Positions 20,909 through 32,516 of a DNA stretch of 64,000 nucleotides are shown here, in pieces. Positions within the stretch are counted from its first letter, which is position 1. Every line of letters begins with the position of its first letter. The DNA is from a virus (lineage: Duplodnaviria > Caudoviricetes): IMG/VR virus record IMGVR_UViG_3300032116_022045. One strand, 5' to 3'. The notes under the pieces were generated by a model. It searched no databases. It saw only the letters and a program-made list of their open reading frames with translations, and was not told where the DNA came from. Made by a program: the position numbers and the translations under genes.

Positions 20909-23401
20909 ATGAATAGAGAAGTTGAACCAAAAGTTAAAATAATTATCACAAATGCCAGTAAAGAGGCTCTTAATCTTGATGATAATAAGTTAAGGCCAGA
21001 ACATATATTGTTATCTATGTTAAACGATAATAATAATGGATGTACAACAATATTAAAAAAATTAAAAATAGATGTTGATGAATTATATGATAGAATAATT
21101 GATTTTATCAAAAGAAATGATGTCTTACCTAAAATAAAAATTACTAGGCGTACACCACCATTTTCAGATGAAACAAAAAAATTAATTGTTTTATTGGATA
21201 AAGAATGTGAAAAATTAAATGATAATATAATTGATACAACACATATAATGTTAGTATATTTGTCAATGAAATCACCAATAAATGATTTATTAAATGTGCA
21301 CTACTCGCTAGACTATAATAAATTTAAAAACGAAATTATGAGTAATATGAATAATGAAAAAAACAATGTATTTAGTGACGATAATGATAACGACATTGAA
21401 TATCTTAAAAAGAGAAAAGTTGATGATAAATCTAAAACACCTGTTTTAGATAATTTCTGTAAAGATTTATCTAAATCAGCAGAAAAAAATGAACTTGACC
21501 CAGTTATTGGTAGAGAAAAAGAAATTAAAAGAATTTCTCAAGTTTTAAGTAGAAGAAAAAAAAATAACCCAATTTTAATCGGTGAAGCTGGAACTGGTAA
21601 AACAGCAATAGTTGAAGGGTTAGCTCAATTAATAAAAAATAATAACGCACCAAGAACCCTACAAAATAAAAGAATATATAGTTTGGATATGGGGTTGGTT
21701 GTGGCTGGTACTAAATACCGTGGACAATTTGAAGAAAGAATGAAAGCCATTCTTGAGGAATGTAAAGCAAATAAACATATTATATTGTTTATTGATGAAT
21801 TACATACAATAGTTGGTGCTGGAAATACATCTGGGTCATTAGACGCTTCTAATATATTTAAACCAGCGTTAGCTAGAGGTGAAATACAAGTTATTGGGGC
21901 AACAACATTAGATGAATATCGTGAAAATATAGAAAAAGATAGTGCTTTAACAAGAAGATTTCAACAAATTATGGTTGAAGAACCTACTTTGGAAGAAACA
22001 AAAAATATTTTATTTAATATAAAAGAAAAATACGAAAAACATCACAAAGTAATTTATACTAATGAAGCTATTAATGAATGTGTTAAATTAGCCGATAGAT
22101 ATATTACCGATAGAGCAATGCCAGATAAAGCTATTGATATCATGGATGAAGCTGGTGCCTCAACCAATATTACCATAGAAAAACCAGAAAATATTAAACT
22201 ATTAGAAAAAAGAAAACAAGAATTGATGGTGATTAAAAAAGAAGTAGTGTTAAAACAAAAGTATGAAGAAGCAGCTAAACTAAGAGATGAAGAAAAAAAT
22301 ATTATTGAAGAGTTAAATAAAGCTAACGCTATATGGAATGAAACATTAAGTAATGATGCAACTGAAATAACTGTAGATATAATCGCTGAAGTTGTTTCTA
22401 GTATGACTGGAATACCACTAACTAAAATATCAACAAAAGAAGCTGAAAAACTAATAAACTTAGATAAAGAATTATCTAGTAAAGTTATTGGTCAAGATAG
22501 TGCTGTAACTAAAGTAGTTAAAGCAATAAAAAGAAGTCGTGTTGGTATTAAAAATAAAAATAAACCTGTCGCTAGTTTCATTTTTTTAGGAAATAGCGGA
22601 ACGGGAAAAACTTTTTTAGCTAAATTATTGGCTGAAAAAGTTTATGGTGATGAAGATGCGTTGATAAGATTAGATATGTCTGAATATATGGAAAAACATA
22701 ATGTATCTAGACTTATTGGTTCACCTCCAGGATATGTTGGTCATGAACAAGGTGGTCAATTAACAGAAAAAGTTAGAAGAAAACCACATTGCGTTATTTT
22801 ATTTGATGAAATAGAAAAAGCTCACGAAGATATTTTTAATTTACTCCTACAAGTATTAGATGAAGGACAGTTAACTGATGGATTGGGTAGAAAAATTAAT
22901 TTTAAAAACGCATTAATAATCCTAACTTCTAATATCGGTGTTAAAGAAGTAAACTCATTTGGTAAAACTATGGGGTTTGAAACATCTAAATCAATAATTA
23001 ATGAAGAAAATAAAGTACGTTCAATTATTGATAAAGCATTAAAGAAAAAATTTAAACCAGAATTTTTGAATAGAATTGATGAAGCAATTACATTTAATAG
23101 ATTAACAAAAGAAGATATTCAAAAAATAGTCTATTTAGAAATAAATAAACTTGAAGAAAGATTAAAAGAACTAAACTTTAAACTTGAAATAACAAAAGAA
23201 GCAGTAGAATTTTTGGGTGATGAAGGTTATGATGAAAACTATGGTGCCAGACCATTAAATAGAACAATACAATATCATATCGAAGACCAAATCTCAGATG
23301 AAATATTAAATGGTAATATTAAAGATGGTGACACAATACTAATATCTTTTAATAAACAAAAAAAATTAATACAAATAAAAAGTAAAAAAACAAAAAAATG
23401 A
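20909..23401 (+). CDS. clpC: ClpC/ClpA-type AAA+ chaperone (Clp protease ATP-binding subunit)
   Basis: Clp N-domain; two AAA modules (GEAGTGKT/LFIDE and GNSGTGKT/LFDEIEKAH); coiled-coil linker; YGARPL. Confidence 0.95.
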   Translation: MNREVEPKVKIIITNASKEALNLDDNKLRPEHILLSMLNDNNNGCTTILKKLKIDVDELYDRIIDFIKRNDVLPKIKITRRTPPFSDETKKLIVLLDKECEKLNDNIIDTTHIMLVYLSMKSPINDLLNVHYSLDYNKFKNEIMSNMNNEKNNVFSDDNDNDIEYLKKRKVDDKSKTPVLDNFCKDLSKSAEKNELDPVIGREKEIKRISQVLSRRKKNNPILIGEAGTGKTAIVEGLAQLIKNNNAPRTLQNKRIYSLDMGLVVAGTKYRGQFEERMKAILEECKANKHIILFIDELHTIVGAGNTSGSLDASNIFKPALARGEIQVIGATTLDEYRENIEKDSALTRRFQQIMVEEPTLEETKNILFNIKEKYEKHHKVIYTNEAINECVKLADRYITDRAMPDKAIDIMDEAGASTNITIEKPENIKLLEKRKQELMVIKKEVVLKQKYEEAAKLRDEEKNIIEELNKANAIWNETLSNDATEITVDIIAEVVSSMTGIPLTKISTKEAEKLINLDKELSSKVIGQDSAVTKVVKAIKRSRVGIKNKNKPVASFIFLGNSGTGKTFLAKLLAEKVYGDEDALIRLDMSEYMEKHNVSRLIGSPPGYVGHEQGGQLTEKVRRKPHCVILFDEIEKAHEDIFNLLLQVLDEGQLTDGLGRKINFKNALIILTSNIGVKEVNSFGKTMGFETSKSIINEENKVRSIIDKALKKKFKPEFLNRIDEAITFNRLTKEDIQKIVYLEINKLEERLKELNFKLEITKEAVEFLGDEGYDENYGARPLNRTIQYHIEDQISDEILNGNIKDGDTILISFNKQKKLIQIKSKKTKK

Positions 23402-23407
23402 TAAAAT

Positions 23408-23435
23408 AAACCCAGATTATTTCTGGGTTTTTTTT
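23408..23435 (+). terminator. Intrinsic terminator after clpC
   Basis: AAACCCAGA stem with its TCTGGGTTT partner, followed by a T-run. Confidence 0.8.
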
Positions 23436-23456
23436 ATTATAACAATATTTATATGT

Positions 23457-24197
23457 ATGATTGAAAACACCTTAATAAATAAATATGAAGATTATTTGGA
23501 TGGTTTAGATATATATGAAAACAAAAATAGTTTAAGATTATCTAAAATAGTAATAAAACCAGAGTATAGAAATAAAGGTATTGGTAAAGATATTATGCAA
23601 GATTTAATAAATTATGCTGATACAAACAAACAAATAATTAGTTTAACACCATCTTCAGATTTTGGTGGTAATAAAAATAAATTAACACAATTTTATAAAA
23701 AGTTTGGTTTTAAACTTAATAAAGGTTATCACAAAAATTATGAATTTAATGATGCGATGATTAGATACCCTAAATTAAACGAAACAACTAAAAGTAATAT
23801 TAAAACATTATTACGTGAAGCTCTTATTAGAAAAGAAGAATTAGATATTAGAACAATAGCTGATTTTACTAATTTTGCTAAAGAGTTTTTAGGGATAACT
23901 GATGATGTAAAAGTAAAATTAGCCTTTGAAAGAACACCAGAGTTAGCAACTACTGCTTATTATAACACTAATGGTTTTTTGGTTGTATATGCTAAAGATA
24001 GATTGTTGGCTGATATAAAAAAATCGATAGCACACGAACTTACCCACCATTTACAAAATCTTCAAGGAAGATTAAATAACCCTATTAAAGACGGTGAAGA
24101 TGGTAGTCCAATAGAAAATGAAGCTAACGCAAAAGCTGGTGAAATAATTAGAAAATGGGGCAAATTGCACCCAGAGATTTATTATAAAACTCTTTAA
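23457..24197 (+). CDS. GNAT acetyltransferase fused to a second (HELTHH, peptidase-like) module
   Basis: PEYRNKGIGKDIM acetyl-CoA motif and FYKKFGF; internal KTLLRE junction. Confidence 0.7.
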   Translation: MIENTLINKYEDYLDGLDIYENKNSLRLSKIVIKPEYRNKGIGKDIMQDLINYADTNKQIISLTPSSDFGGNKNKLTQFYKKFGFKLNKGYHKNYEFNDAMIRYPKLNETTKSNIKTLLREALIRKEELDIRTIADFTNFAKEFLGITDDVKVKLAFERTPELATTAYYNTNGFLVVYAKDRLLADIKKSIAHELTHHLQNLQGRLNNPIKDGEDGSPIENEANAKAGEIIRKWGKLHPEIYYKTL

Positions 24198-24201
24198 ATA
24201 T

Positions 24202-25222
24202 ATGCCATATAAATATAAAAAAGTTGGTAGTGAATATTGTGTCTATAAAAAAGAAGACAATACTAAAGTAGGTTGTACAAAAAAATCTATTAAAAAATAT
24301 CTTTCCGCTTTACACGCCAATGTTGATGAATCAAATCAAATTAAAGGAGGTAAAGCAGATAACTTATCAATAAAAGATATTGCAAAAAAAATTTAATATA
24401 TCTGTAGATGATATAAAAAAACAATTGGAAAAAGGTATAAGTGTTGAAAAAGAACACACACCTAATGAAGATAAAGCTAAAGAAATTGCTAAAGACCATT
24501 TATCTGAAATTCCAGATTATTATGATAGATTAGTTAAAATGGAAAAAACAGCTAAAAAAAAACATAATTTAAATGAGATTGTTAAAAACAAATTAATAAA
24601 AAATTTAAAAAAAAGAACATTATTTATAAACGAATCTAAATTAAACGGTAAAACAATTATAAATGTTGATATACAACCAGAATATGAAAATTGGGTAAGT
24701 TTTAATCTGAATGAATGGGTTGGTTTTATAAATCAAAATGCTGACGTTAATGATATAGTTTTTCTTTATAACGGTGCGGATACATTAGGGATGATTAACG
24801 AATATTCTTATAAAGAGTGGTTAATAAATTTAGGTATTGATGAAGATGTTATTTATAATGCTACATTTTATGACAAAGGATACGCTTTTTTTAGATATTG
24901 TTTAGATAATTCAATTGATGAAGATAACATTGTTGATTTAATAAAATATATGGTTAAACACAATATTAATGATAGTAGAGACATTGATGAAGACATGTGG
25001 AATAATTATATGGAAGAAACAAATCATGACCAAGAAGATGTTAGAGAATTATTAGAAAACGCTGGTGATATGATAAATATACCAGATTTAATGGATTTCA
25101 TTAAAAAGTATTCAAACATTGTTTTAACTGGTGGTGGGATAAATGAATGTTTAAAAGAAGTAGAAATAGCACTATTAGCTTTAAATAAAGAATTTACTAT
25201 TTTAAATAAATATACTTATTAA
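24202..25222 (+). CDS. Modular protein split by a +1 frameshift at an A8 run (24384-24391)
   Basis: ORFs 24202-24396 and 24380-25222 join as DIAKK|FNISVDDIKKQLEKGISVEKEHT when one A is removed. Confidence 0.55.
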
Positions 25223-25223
25223 T

Positions 25224-26477
25224 ATGAGGTTAATAGAAGAGATTAAAGAAAAATTAAATTTTTATTTAACTGAAAAATTATCAGATATAGGTGAATTACA
25301 TCCAAATGTAAAAAAAAATGAAATACCACCAATATTATTAACTTGGAATGAATATTATAAGTTAGTAAACGAAAATGATAAATCACATCCAAGTTCAGCA
25401 TACAATAGAAGCTATAATAAAAATGATGTTTTTAATTGTGGTAATGGTGAATGTAAAACCATAAAAAATAAAACTGTTGGTAATTTACTATTAAAATTTA
25501 TATTAAAAAAAGAAAAAGCACAATACGCTAAATGGGATGGAGAAAAATACCTTGGAACGTATAGTGAAGATGAATTAATAAAAATAGGTAAAAAACCATA
25601 TATCTATTCAATATATTGTACACATAATAATATTGTTGTTGGTGAAGCGATTGATGAATGGGGTTGTGTTTTAATTTCAGTGGTAAATGAATTTAGAAGT
25701 CTTGGGATTGGTGAAGAATTAATTAAAATGTATAGGAAAATATATCCATATAAACCAAGTGGGGGGTTAACACCATCTGGTTATACACAACTAAGAAAAT
25801 ATTATAACCACATGGTAAAAGAAGCTCAATCAAATGGTGTTTATAGTGATTTAATTAAACGTGGTGAGTTAGATAAAAAAAGATATTATGATATAATTAA
25901 CTCAGTTTCAAAAGAAAAATTTTCAGATATAAAAACAAATAAATTAAAAGATGTTTATGGTAATAATAACGAACCAATATACATTATAGATAATAATATA
26001 GTTATAATATTTGATTCTAAAATAAAGGATTTAAATGATGAATCATTCTCAGATTTTGATGATGATTTTTTAAAAGACTTAATTTATTGTTATATATACG
26101 TTAATGAATTTAATGATTACCCACAAGTTTTTAACTGTTATGGTAATGATAAATACATTAAACAAGGTATTGAAATATTAGCATCTCTAAACAAAGATTA
26201 TGGCGGTTTAGGTGATTATTATTTTAGAAATTTTACTGGTAATGTTAAAACTACATTAGAAGACATTTGGAATGACAATAATAAATACACTATAGAGGTA
26301 ATTAAAGATGGTGGTTATATTAGTAGCATACCATTAACGTTAATTAAACCAAAAAAACCTATAAATAATGTGGTTAAACAACTACAATCTATTTCTAAGT
26401 TATGGTTTAAGAAAAACGATAAATATGATGAATTATATGATAGAATCCATGAATTTGCTTATGGTTTATTAGATTAA
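25224..26477 (+). CDS. Hypothetical protein with a GNAT-like central region
   Basis: EFRSLGIGEEL motif. Confidence 0.6.
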   Translation: MRLIEEIKEKLNFYLTEKLSDIGELHPNVKKNEIPPILLTWNEYYKLVNENDKSHPSSAYNRSYNKNDVFNCGNGECKTIKNKTVGNLLLKFILKKEKAQYAKWDGEKYLGTYSEDELIKIGKKPYIYSIYCTHNNIVVGEAIDEWGCVLISVVNEFRSLGIGEELIKMYRKIYPYKPSGGLTPSGYTQLRKYYNHMVKEAQSNGVYSDLIKRGELDKKRYYDIINSVSKEKFSDIKTNKLKDVYGNNNEPIYIIDNNIVIIFDSKIKDLNDESFSDFDDDFLKDLIYCYIYVNEFNDYPQVFNCYGNDKYIKQGIEILASLNKDYGGLGDYYFRNFTGNVKTTLEDIWNDNNKYTIEVIKDGGYISSIPLTLIKPKKPINNVVKQLQSISKLWFKKNDKYDELYDRIHEFAYGLLD

Positions 26478-26890
26478 TTAAAACCAATATATTCAAAACT
26501 ACCGCATAAACGTTTATTATCGGCATAGTGGTTATTATACACTTTTGTGTGAGTGATATCTACACGAATTTTACGATGTTTACTAGTAGTTTTCCATAAT
26601 AGAGAATTTTCTCTATAGTATATCATTTTAGGATGACTTGTTCTTGAAAAATATCTATGCCCTTGTTCAATGTGTATTTGACCTATAGCGTCAGAAAATC
26701 TAACACCTATACCTAATCCTTGGTATTGTGGTAATACGACTGTCCTATGGCCTCTCCAAGCGTTTTTAAGGTATCCATTAGGTAAAGTTAGTGTAGCACC
26801 AAATGCAACTATATTATCTTCCCAAACACCTATATAACATCTTGAAGCTTTGTTTAAATCACCACTTAAATAATGATGGTCTTTAAACAT
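26474..26890 (-). CDS. GNAT/Mom-like acetyltransferase, C-terminal part of an ABC-ATPase fusion
   Basis: HRTVVLPQYQGLGIG motif; the frame stays open upstream as far as the T9 run. Confidence 0.75.
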   Translation of the reverse strand: MFKDHHYLSGDLNKASRCYIGVWEDNIVAFGATLTLPNGYLKNAWRGHRTVVLPQYQGLGIGVRFSDAIGQIHIEQGHRYFSRTSHPKMIYYRENSLLWKTTSKHRKIRVDITHTKVYNNHYADNKRLCGSFEYIGFN

Positions 26891-27546
26891 ATCCCAAGCT
26901 CTATAGGTTGTGCTGTATATTTGTAATTTAATTTCTGGTCGGGCAAAAAAAAACCGTCTAAAAATTCACCAGTATCTGTATTAATAACCCAATCTGGTTG
27001 TAACCAATCAATAATATCAAAATGACATGTTGATATTACTACATTAGTTATATCACTATTGTTTATATATCTATTTAAAGCCACACTAGCTGCTTTAGCT
27101 ACGTTTCTATCAACAACGCTAGTGTATTCATCAATAACAGTATTTGATTTAAGTTTTCTTGCTAAATCAGCTCTAAACTTTTCACCATTTGATAAAACAT
27201 TATATGGTTTATACCAACTTGGTATTGTATTTAAACCAACAGACATAAGTTTATTTATTGCTTCATCTGGGTTTTCAAAATGTGATATTATTGCTTTTTC
27301 GTTATTCCATTCTGGTATTTCTTCTGAACCAAAATGTTTAAGTAATGTGCTTTTGCCTGTACCTGAACCACCAACAATAACACCAATTTTAAAATTATCT
27401 GGTATTATTGGTTTTTCCCATGGATAAAATTTAGATGTACCATCAAATATACAATCAAATGATTTTTCACTTGCTAAAATAAATTCATCTATAGTAACAG
27501 TTGATATTAATGGTGTTAATGATTTATTTAATTTTGTAACAATCAT
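26866..27546 (-). CDS. ABC-type ATPase (phage ABC/GNAT module)
   Basis: GGSGTGKS Walker A, LSNGEKFR signature, VIDEYTS Walker B. Confidence 0.85.
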   Translation of the reverse strand: MIVTKLNKSLTPLISTVTIDEFILASEKSFDCIFDGTSKFYPWEKPIIPDNFKIGVIVGGSGTGKSTLLKHFGSEEIPEWNNEKAIISHFENPDEAINKLMSVGLNTIPSWYKPYNVLSNGEKFRADLARKLKSNTVIDEYTSVVDRNVAKAASVALNRYINNSDITNVVISTCHFDIIDWLQPDWVINTDTGEFLDGFFLPDQKLNYKYTAQPIELGICLKTIII

Positions 27547-27585
27547 ATTATTTAATATAATTGTTATAAAATTATTTGTAAATGT

Positions 27586-28446
27586 TTAAGATTTAGCTAA
27601 ATTGAATTTTTTCTTTAATGTTATAACAACAGGTATTAAAATATCATGAACAATTTTAATTATGTCAGTAGCGACAAAAGCATAACCAACAAATTCAATA
27701 CCAGTACCGAAACCAATTAATTTTTCTATTATAAACTTAATGTTGTCATTACTAATAAGTGATTGTAAATTTGTTGATAGATTATTAAGCATGGTTTCAA
27801 TACCCTTAATGTTTTTTATTTGCTCTATTAACTTATCTACAGTTAAGTCAAATATCTTAGTTAGTATTTTATCTGATATCCAAGTTAGGGCAACAGCAAA
27901 AAAAAGTTTTGAAATAAAACCAAACCAACCAACATTTTTATTTATTTTTGAAAAAAAATTATTGACTTTATTTAAAATATTTGTAAAAACTTCTTGAAAA
28001 TCAAAATTATTAATTACCGTTTTTACTTTAGTTAAAATTTTATTAACACCATCTTTAATAAATTTTAATTTATCATTTATTCTATCATCAACTTTTTTTA
28101 TTGCTTCCTCCATCAAAGATGGTTCTAAAATTAAATTCTTAAAAAAAATTGCTAAATCTTTTGTGTCCTTTATAGTATCAATAAACGTTAAATAAACTTG
28201 TTTTGCTTTTTGAACAGTTTTACCAACAAAAGATTCAATAGATTTTAATAAATCTTCAATTATTAATTGTCTTTCTATAATTAACTTATTATATGTTCTA
28301 TTATTATTTTCATATAATAAAACATCAATACCTAAAACAGTTTTAATATAAGAATCATCTTTGATTAATTTCAAAGATGATTCCGATAGTTTTTGTTTTT
28401 CATTAATTATATACAACTCTTCTGTTAAGAGTTTTTTAATAACCAT
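27586..28446 (-). CDS. Hypothetical protein with hydrophobic segments and an MVIKKLLTEE leader
   Basis: ORF track. Confidence 0.65.
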   Translation of the reverse strand: MVIKKLLTEELYIINEKQKLSESSLKLIKDDSYIKTVLGIDVLLYENNNRTYNKLIIERQLIIEDLLKSIESFVGKTVQKAKQVYLTFIDTIKDTKDLAIFFKNLILEPSLMEEAIKKVDDRINDKLKFIKDGVNKILTKVKTVINNFDFQEVFTNILNKVNNFFSKINKNVGWFGFISKLFFAVALTWISDKILTKIFDLTVDKLIEQIKNIKGIETMLNNLSTNLQSLISNDNIKFIIEKLIGFGTGIEFVGYAFVATDIIKIVHDILIPVVITLKKKFNLAKS

Positions 28447-28880
28447 ATTTTTTGTTAGATAATATTATTAAAAATTTTAATTTAAGTAGTTTATGCAGTA
28501 GGAGTATTTCTGTTAATTGCTGTTGTAATCTTTGTCTTAAGTTTCATAAACGTTTCATCAGTAAGTCCAATTTGAGACATAATATAACCTATTGCTTTAG
28601 CTTTTTTAGTGTCATCTAACATTGCGATTTGTTCTATAAATGGTTCTGCCTTATTTAAAAACGCTTGCCCACCTAAGTCAGATGTTGATATACCTTTTGC
28701 CTTATCAAGGCCTGTATTAGCAGTTTGTGTACCTGCATTAACACTAGGTTGAGCATTTTCTTTAATCAGTCTATCAATTAGATTAACTAATTCACTTTCT
28801 TTAATTTTTACAACTTTTTTCATATTTTTTTTGTTTTAATTTTATTATTATAACAATAAATATATTAAAGAAAAAAAAAG

Positions 28881-29387
28881 TTATATTATTTTATCTGCAC
28901 AACTTGAGCTAGCTATTGCATCTGGTTTAATTTTAAAATTATAACCCATTCCTAATATATAACCAACAGATTGCTGTAATGCTTTATTCGATTCAAACAT
29001 TGGATTTGGATTAATATCTGCATGTATTTCTAATTTAACTTCATACAAATCTAATAATGTTGATAAATGATAAGCAACTTCTATTGATTTAGAAACTTCA
29101 AAAACCATTCTTTCATTTATTATTTCTTTATCAGATGCTTTAAATTCATGGTTATATGTAGCATAAACCATCATACCACCACGACCAACATTAATCCCAC
29201 CTAGTTCTTCATAAGTTGTTATTAATATAACCGTTGCAAATTTATATTTAAATGGAGATATCTTTTGTGAATCAGTACCTATTGAAACTTTAAACTTATG
29301 ATTTTTATTTAAAATATCATCAAAAAGGTTTTCAAGATAATCAACAATTGATTCTTTAATTTCTATGTTATTTCTAAACCATTTCAT
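28881..29387 (-). CDS. RNase H-like YkuK (DUF458) family protein
   Basis: SIGTDSQ...RMVFEVSKS...EIHADINP...SSCAD motifs. Confidence 0.75.
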   Translation of the reverse strand: MKWFRNNIEIKESIVDYLENLFDDILNKNHKFKVSIGTDSQKISPFKYKFATVILITTYEELGGINVGRGGMMVYATYNHEFKASDKEIINERMVFEVSKSIEVAYHLSTLLDLYEVKLEIHADINPNPMFESNKALQQSVGYILGMGYNFKIKPDAIASSSCADKII

Positions 29388-30170
29388 TAAACCAAATTTA
29401 AATCAAAAATTTTGAAAATAAATCGTTTTCAGAATATTCAATTAACTTATCTTTTAATTGCCAAATAAATGTATCTACGTTTTCTTCTTCCCTATCAATA
29501 AAATCAATTAAAATATCATTTATATTTTCATTTAACTGTAATCTATTGTTTAACTCACTAAGATACTTTCTATTGTGTTTTAACATTAAATTTTTTATTA
29601 TTATTGAATACGTTTCATGTCTTTCTTGCTGGTATTCTTCTTGATGATTTAAAAAAGAAAATTTGTCTTCTCTTTCACTTTTAAACAGATAATCATTAGC
29701 CATAGTAATTACTTAGTTTATTATAAATATTATTCTAAACTAAGTTAAAACTAATGTTATATGAATTTTATTTCAGTGATTTTGATTATCAAGCGAATAA
29801 ATTAATTTTAATTAAAATTTTTTATTTTGTCATATAACCTATCAAGTTCATTAGTTTTGTTATCTATTTTCTCGATAAAAAACAAAATAGCTTCATTAGA
29901 AATATTATCATCCGTTATTAAATATAAAAACTCTTTTAATAATAAATCATTATTTAATTTTACTTTTAACTCGATAACAACTTGATTATAAGTTGCCCAA
30001 ATTTTTTTATCTAAAATAAAATCTGAAGATAATTTTTCAGTTAATTTTTCCTCATATATTTTTTCTAAATATGAAGAAAATTCACCATAATTATCATTTA
30101 AAACAGCCTTTATTTTATTTTTAATATCCATCGTCTCATCAACAATAAATATCAAAAAAAATGTGGTTAA

Positions 30171-30500
30171 TTAACTTAAATAATAATTAATTTTATCAAT
30201 TAAGAAGCTCTCTGGTTTAAAGCCAGTTACAGATTCAACAACCTCTTTATTTTTTATAAAAAGTATTGTTGGAATGCCTCTAACACTATATTGTACCGCT
30301 GTCTTAGAATCTTCATCAACATTTATCTTACAAATAAATACCTTTTCATTATCCTTAAAAACTTCTGATACCTTATCTAAAACAGGACTAATCATTTTAC
30401 ATGGACCACACCATGGTGCAAAAAAATCTAATACAATTAAATCTTTTTCTTTAAAAATCTCATCAAATTGAGAATCACTAATTATTGTTGTCATATACAT
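30171..30500 (-). CDS. trxA: Thioredoxin
   Basis: WCGPC active site; INVDE and RGIPT. Confidence 0.95.
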   Translation of the reverse strand: MYMTTIISDSQFDEIFKEKDLIVLDFFAPWCGPCKMISPVLDKVSEVFKDNEKVFICKINVDEDSKTAVQYSVRGIPTILFIKNKEVVESVTGFKPESFLIDKINYYLS

Positions 30501-30953
30501 TTTTTTATGTTATAATAAATATTATTCTTTATTCAAATCTTTCAAAACATCCGAAATTAATTTATCAAATTTAACAACAGTGTCATAATCAAAACCTCTT
30601 GTGTTTGATAAACTACGTAAATCATTAAGGTCAATCATTGTGTTTTTGTTTTTTGATTTAGGTTCCTTATTTTGAATAACAATCGGACCACTAGGCTTCT
30701 TAATAACTTCACCACTTAATTTCTCATATAATTCTTTAATACCTATATCAAAACCACCACTTTTTAAACCTTTTAATTTTAAAAATATCTTTTGGTCTGA
30801 TGTTAATGTTATCTGTATTTCTCTATCACCAATTAAAACACTCGTTTCACGTGTTACGTCTTTATCTAAACTTGTTGCCATTTTTTTATCTTTTAAACAA
30901 AAATACATAAATTATTTCAATAAAACAAAATATTTATAATAAAATTAAAATTT

Positions 30954-32516
30954 ATGAAATTTTTACTTGATATAATAAAAGAAACTGTAAATAAAACTAC
31001 TAATATAGATGAATTTGAATCATTAGTTAATGAAATTAATTCAGAATTTAGTAAAAACATTAAAATACCTAAAGATGTCTTAACAAGCTTTAAACTTAAA
31101 AAGAAATTTAATGATGATATATGGGAAAAAGATAATATAAAAGAAAATATTAGACTTAAATTACTGAAAATAGCTAAAGACTTTATTAAAGACTTAGAAT
31201 TGCAAAGCGATGTTAAAATAATTGATGTGCTATTTACAGGGTCTCTAGCAAATTTTAATTGGTCCAAATTTTCAGATATTGATTTACATGTAGTCATAGA
31301 TTTTAAAAAAGTTAATACTGATGAAAAAATAGTTAAAAAATTATTTGATGCTAAAAAAAATCTATGGAATAAAGAACATGATATAACTGTTTTTGATTAC
31401 CCAATAGAAATATATATACAAGATAAAAACGAAAGTTTAGCAGCAACAGCTGTATTCTCTTTACTTAAAAATAAATGGTTAAAAAAACCAACAAGAGAAG
31501 ATTTTAAAATACCTAAAAAACCATTACAAGATAAAGTAAATATCTTTATAGAAAAATTAAAAGACATTAATAATGAATATAAAGATAAAAATTATCAAAC
31601 AGTAATAGATAAAGCAGATACATTAAAAAATAAAATTAGAAGAATGAGAAAAGCTGGTTTAGATGAAACTGGTGAATATTCATTAGAAAATATAGTTTTT
31701 AAAGTTTTAAGAAGAACTAATTTTATTGAAGAATTAAATAACCTTAAATCTAAAGCATATGATAACTTAATGACAATTAATGAAGTTAAAGAATTACCAT
31801 ATGACCCAAGACCAGAAATGAGATTACACTCACAAAAAAGATTAAGTGATTACGCTAATAAAGATTTATCTAAAAGAATAAAAGAAAAAATAACTAAAGC
31901 TAAAATAAACGCTAAAAATAGTGGTGATGAACTATATTTCAATAACCCAGAAGATGGTAATGGATTCTATCAAGTAGAATTTAAATTTGATGGTAAGATA
32001 ACAACAAAACACATTAGAGCTAGTGGTGATATGGAACAAAGAGATATTAACTTCCAACCAACAGATGTTGGAACAACAAAACAATTCCAAAATATAGCTT
32101 TATATTGTTTTGTTAAAGCAGGTAAAGAAGTTAATGACAAATATAGTTATCTTACTAGCCCAGCTGAAGATGCCGCAAATAAAGCTATGATAATATTTGA
32201 AGACGATATCCTATTATTTTATGGCGAAGATAGATATGTAGATGATTTAGCACCAAAAATATCCGCTGAAAAAATGACAGATAAAGAAGCACTAAAAAAA
32301 CAACGTAAAGACTTAGAAATAGAACTTGGTAGAAGATTAAAACCATCCGAATGGGAAGAATTTAAAGTTACTGGACAAAAGCCAGAAAAAGAATTTAAAC
32401 CACTTATCTATAATAAAGAAAAATTAAATAGAGATGAACTATCAGCTAAAATTGGTAGACAAGTAACACCAAAAGAATTTGATGAATATAAAAAATATGG
32501 TCAATTACCTAAATAG
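30954..32516 (+). CDS. Pol-beta superfamily nucleotidyltransferase domain protein with a C-terminal extension
   Basis: FTGSLANFNWSKFSDIDLHVV (GS...DxD motif). Confidence 0.8.
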   Translation: MKFLLDIIKETVNKTTNIDEFESLVNEINSEFSKNIKIPKDVLTSFKLKKKFNDDIWEKDNIKENIRLKLLKIAKDFIKDLELQSDVKIIDVLFTGSLANFNWSKFSDIDLHVVIDFKKVNTDEKIVKKLFDAKKNLWNKEHDITVFDYPIEIYIQDKNESLAATAVFSLLKNKWLKKPTREDFKIPKKPLQDKVNIFIEKLKDINNEYKDKNYQTVIDKADTLKNKIRRMRKAGLDETGEYSLENIVFKVLRRTNFIEELNNLKSKAYDNLMTINEVKELPYDPRPEMRLHSQKRLSDYANKDLSKRIKEKITKAKINAKNSGDELYFNNPEDGNGFYQVEFKFDGKITTKHIRASGDMEQRDINFQPTDVGTTKQFQNIALYCFVKAGKEVNDKYSYLTSPAEDAANKAMIIFEDDILLFYGEDRYVDDLAPKISAEKMTDKEALKKQRKDLEIELGRRLKPSEWEEFKVTGQKPEKEFKPLIYNKEKLNRDELSAKIGRQVTPKEFDEYKKYGQLPK

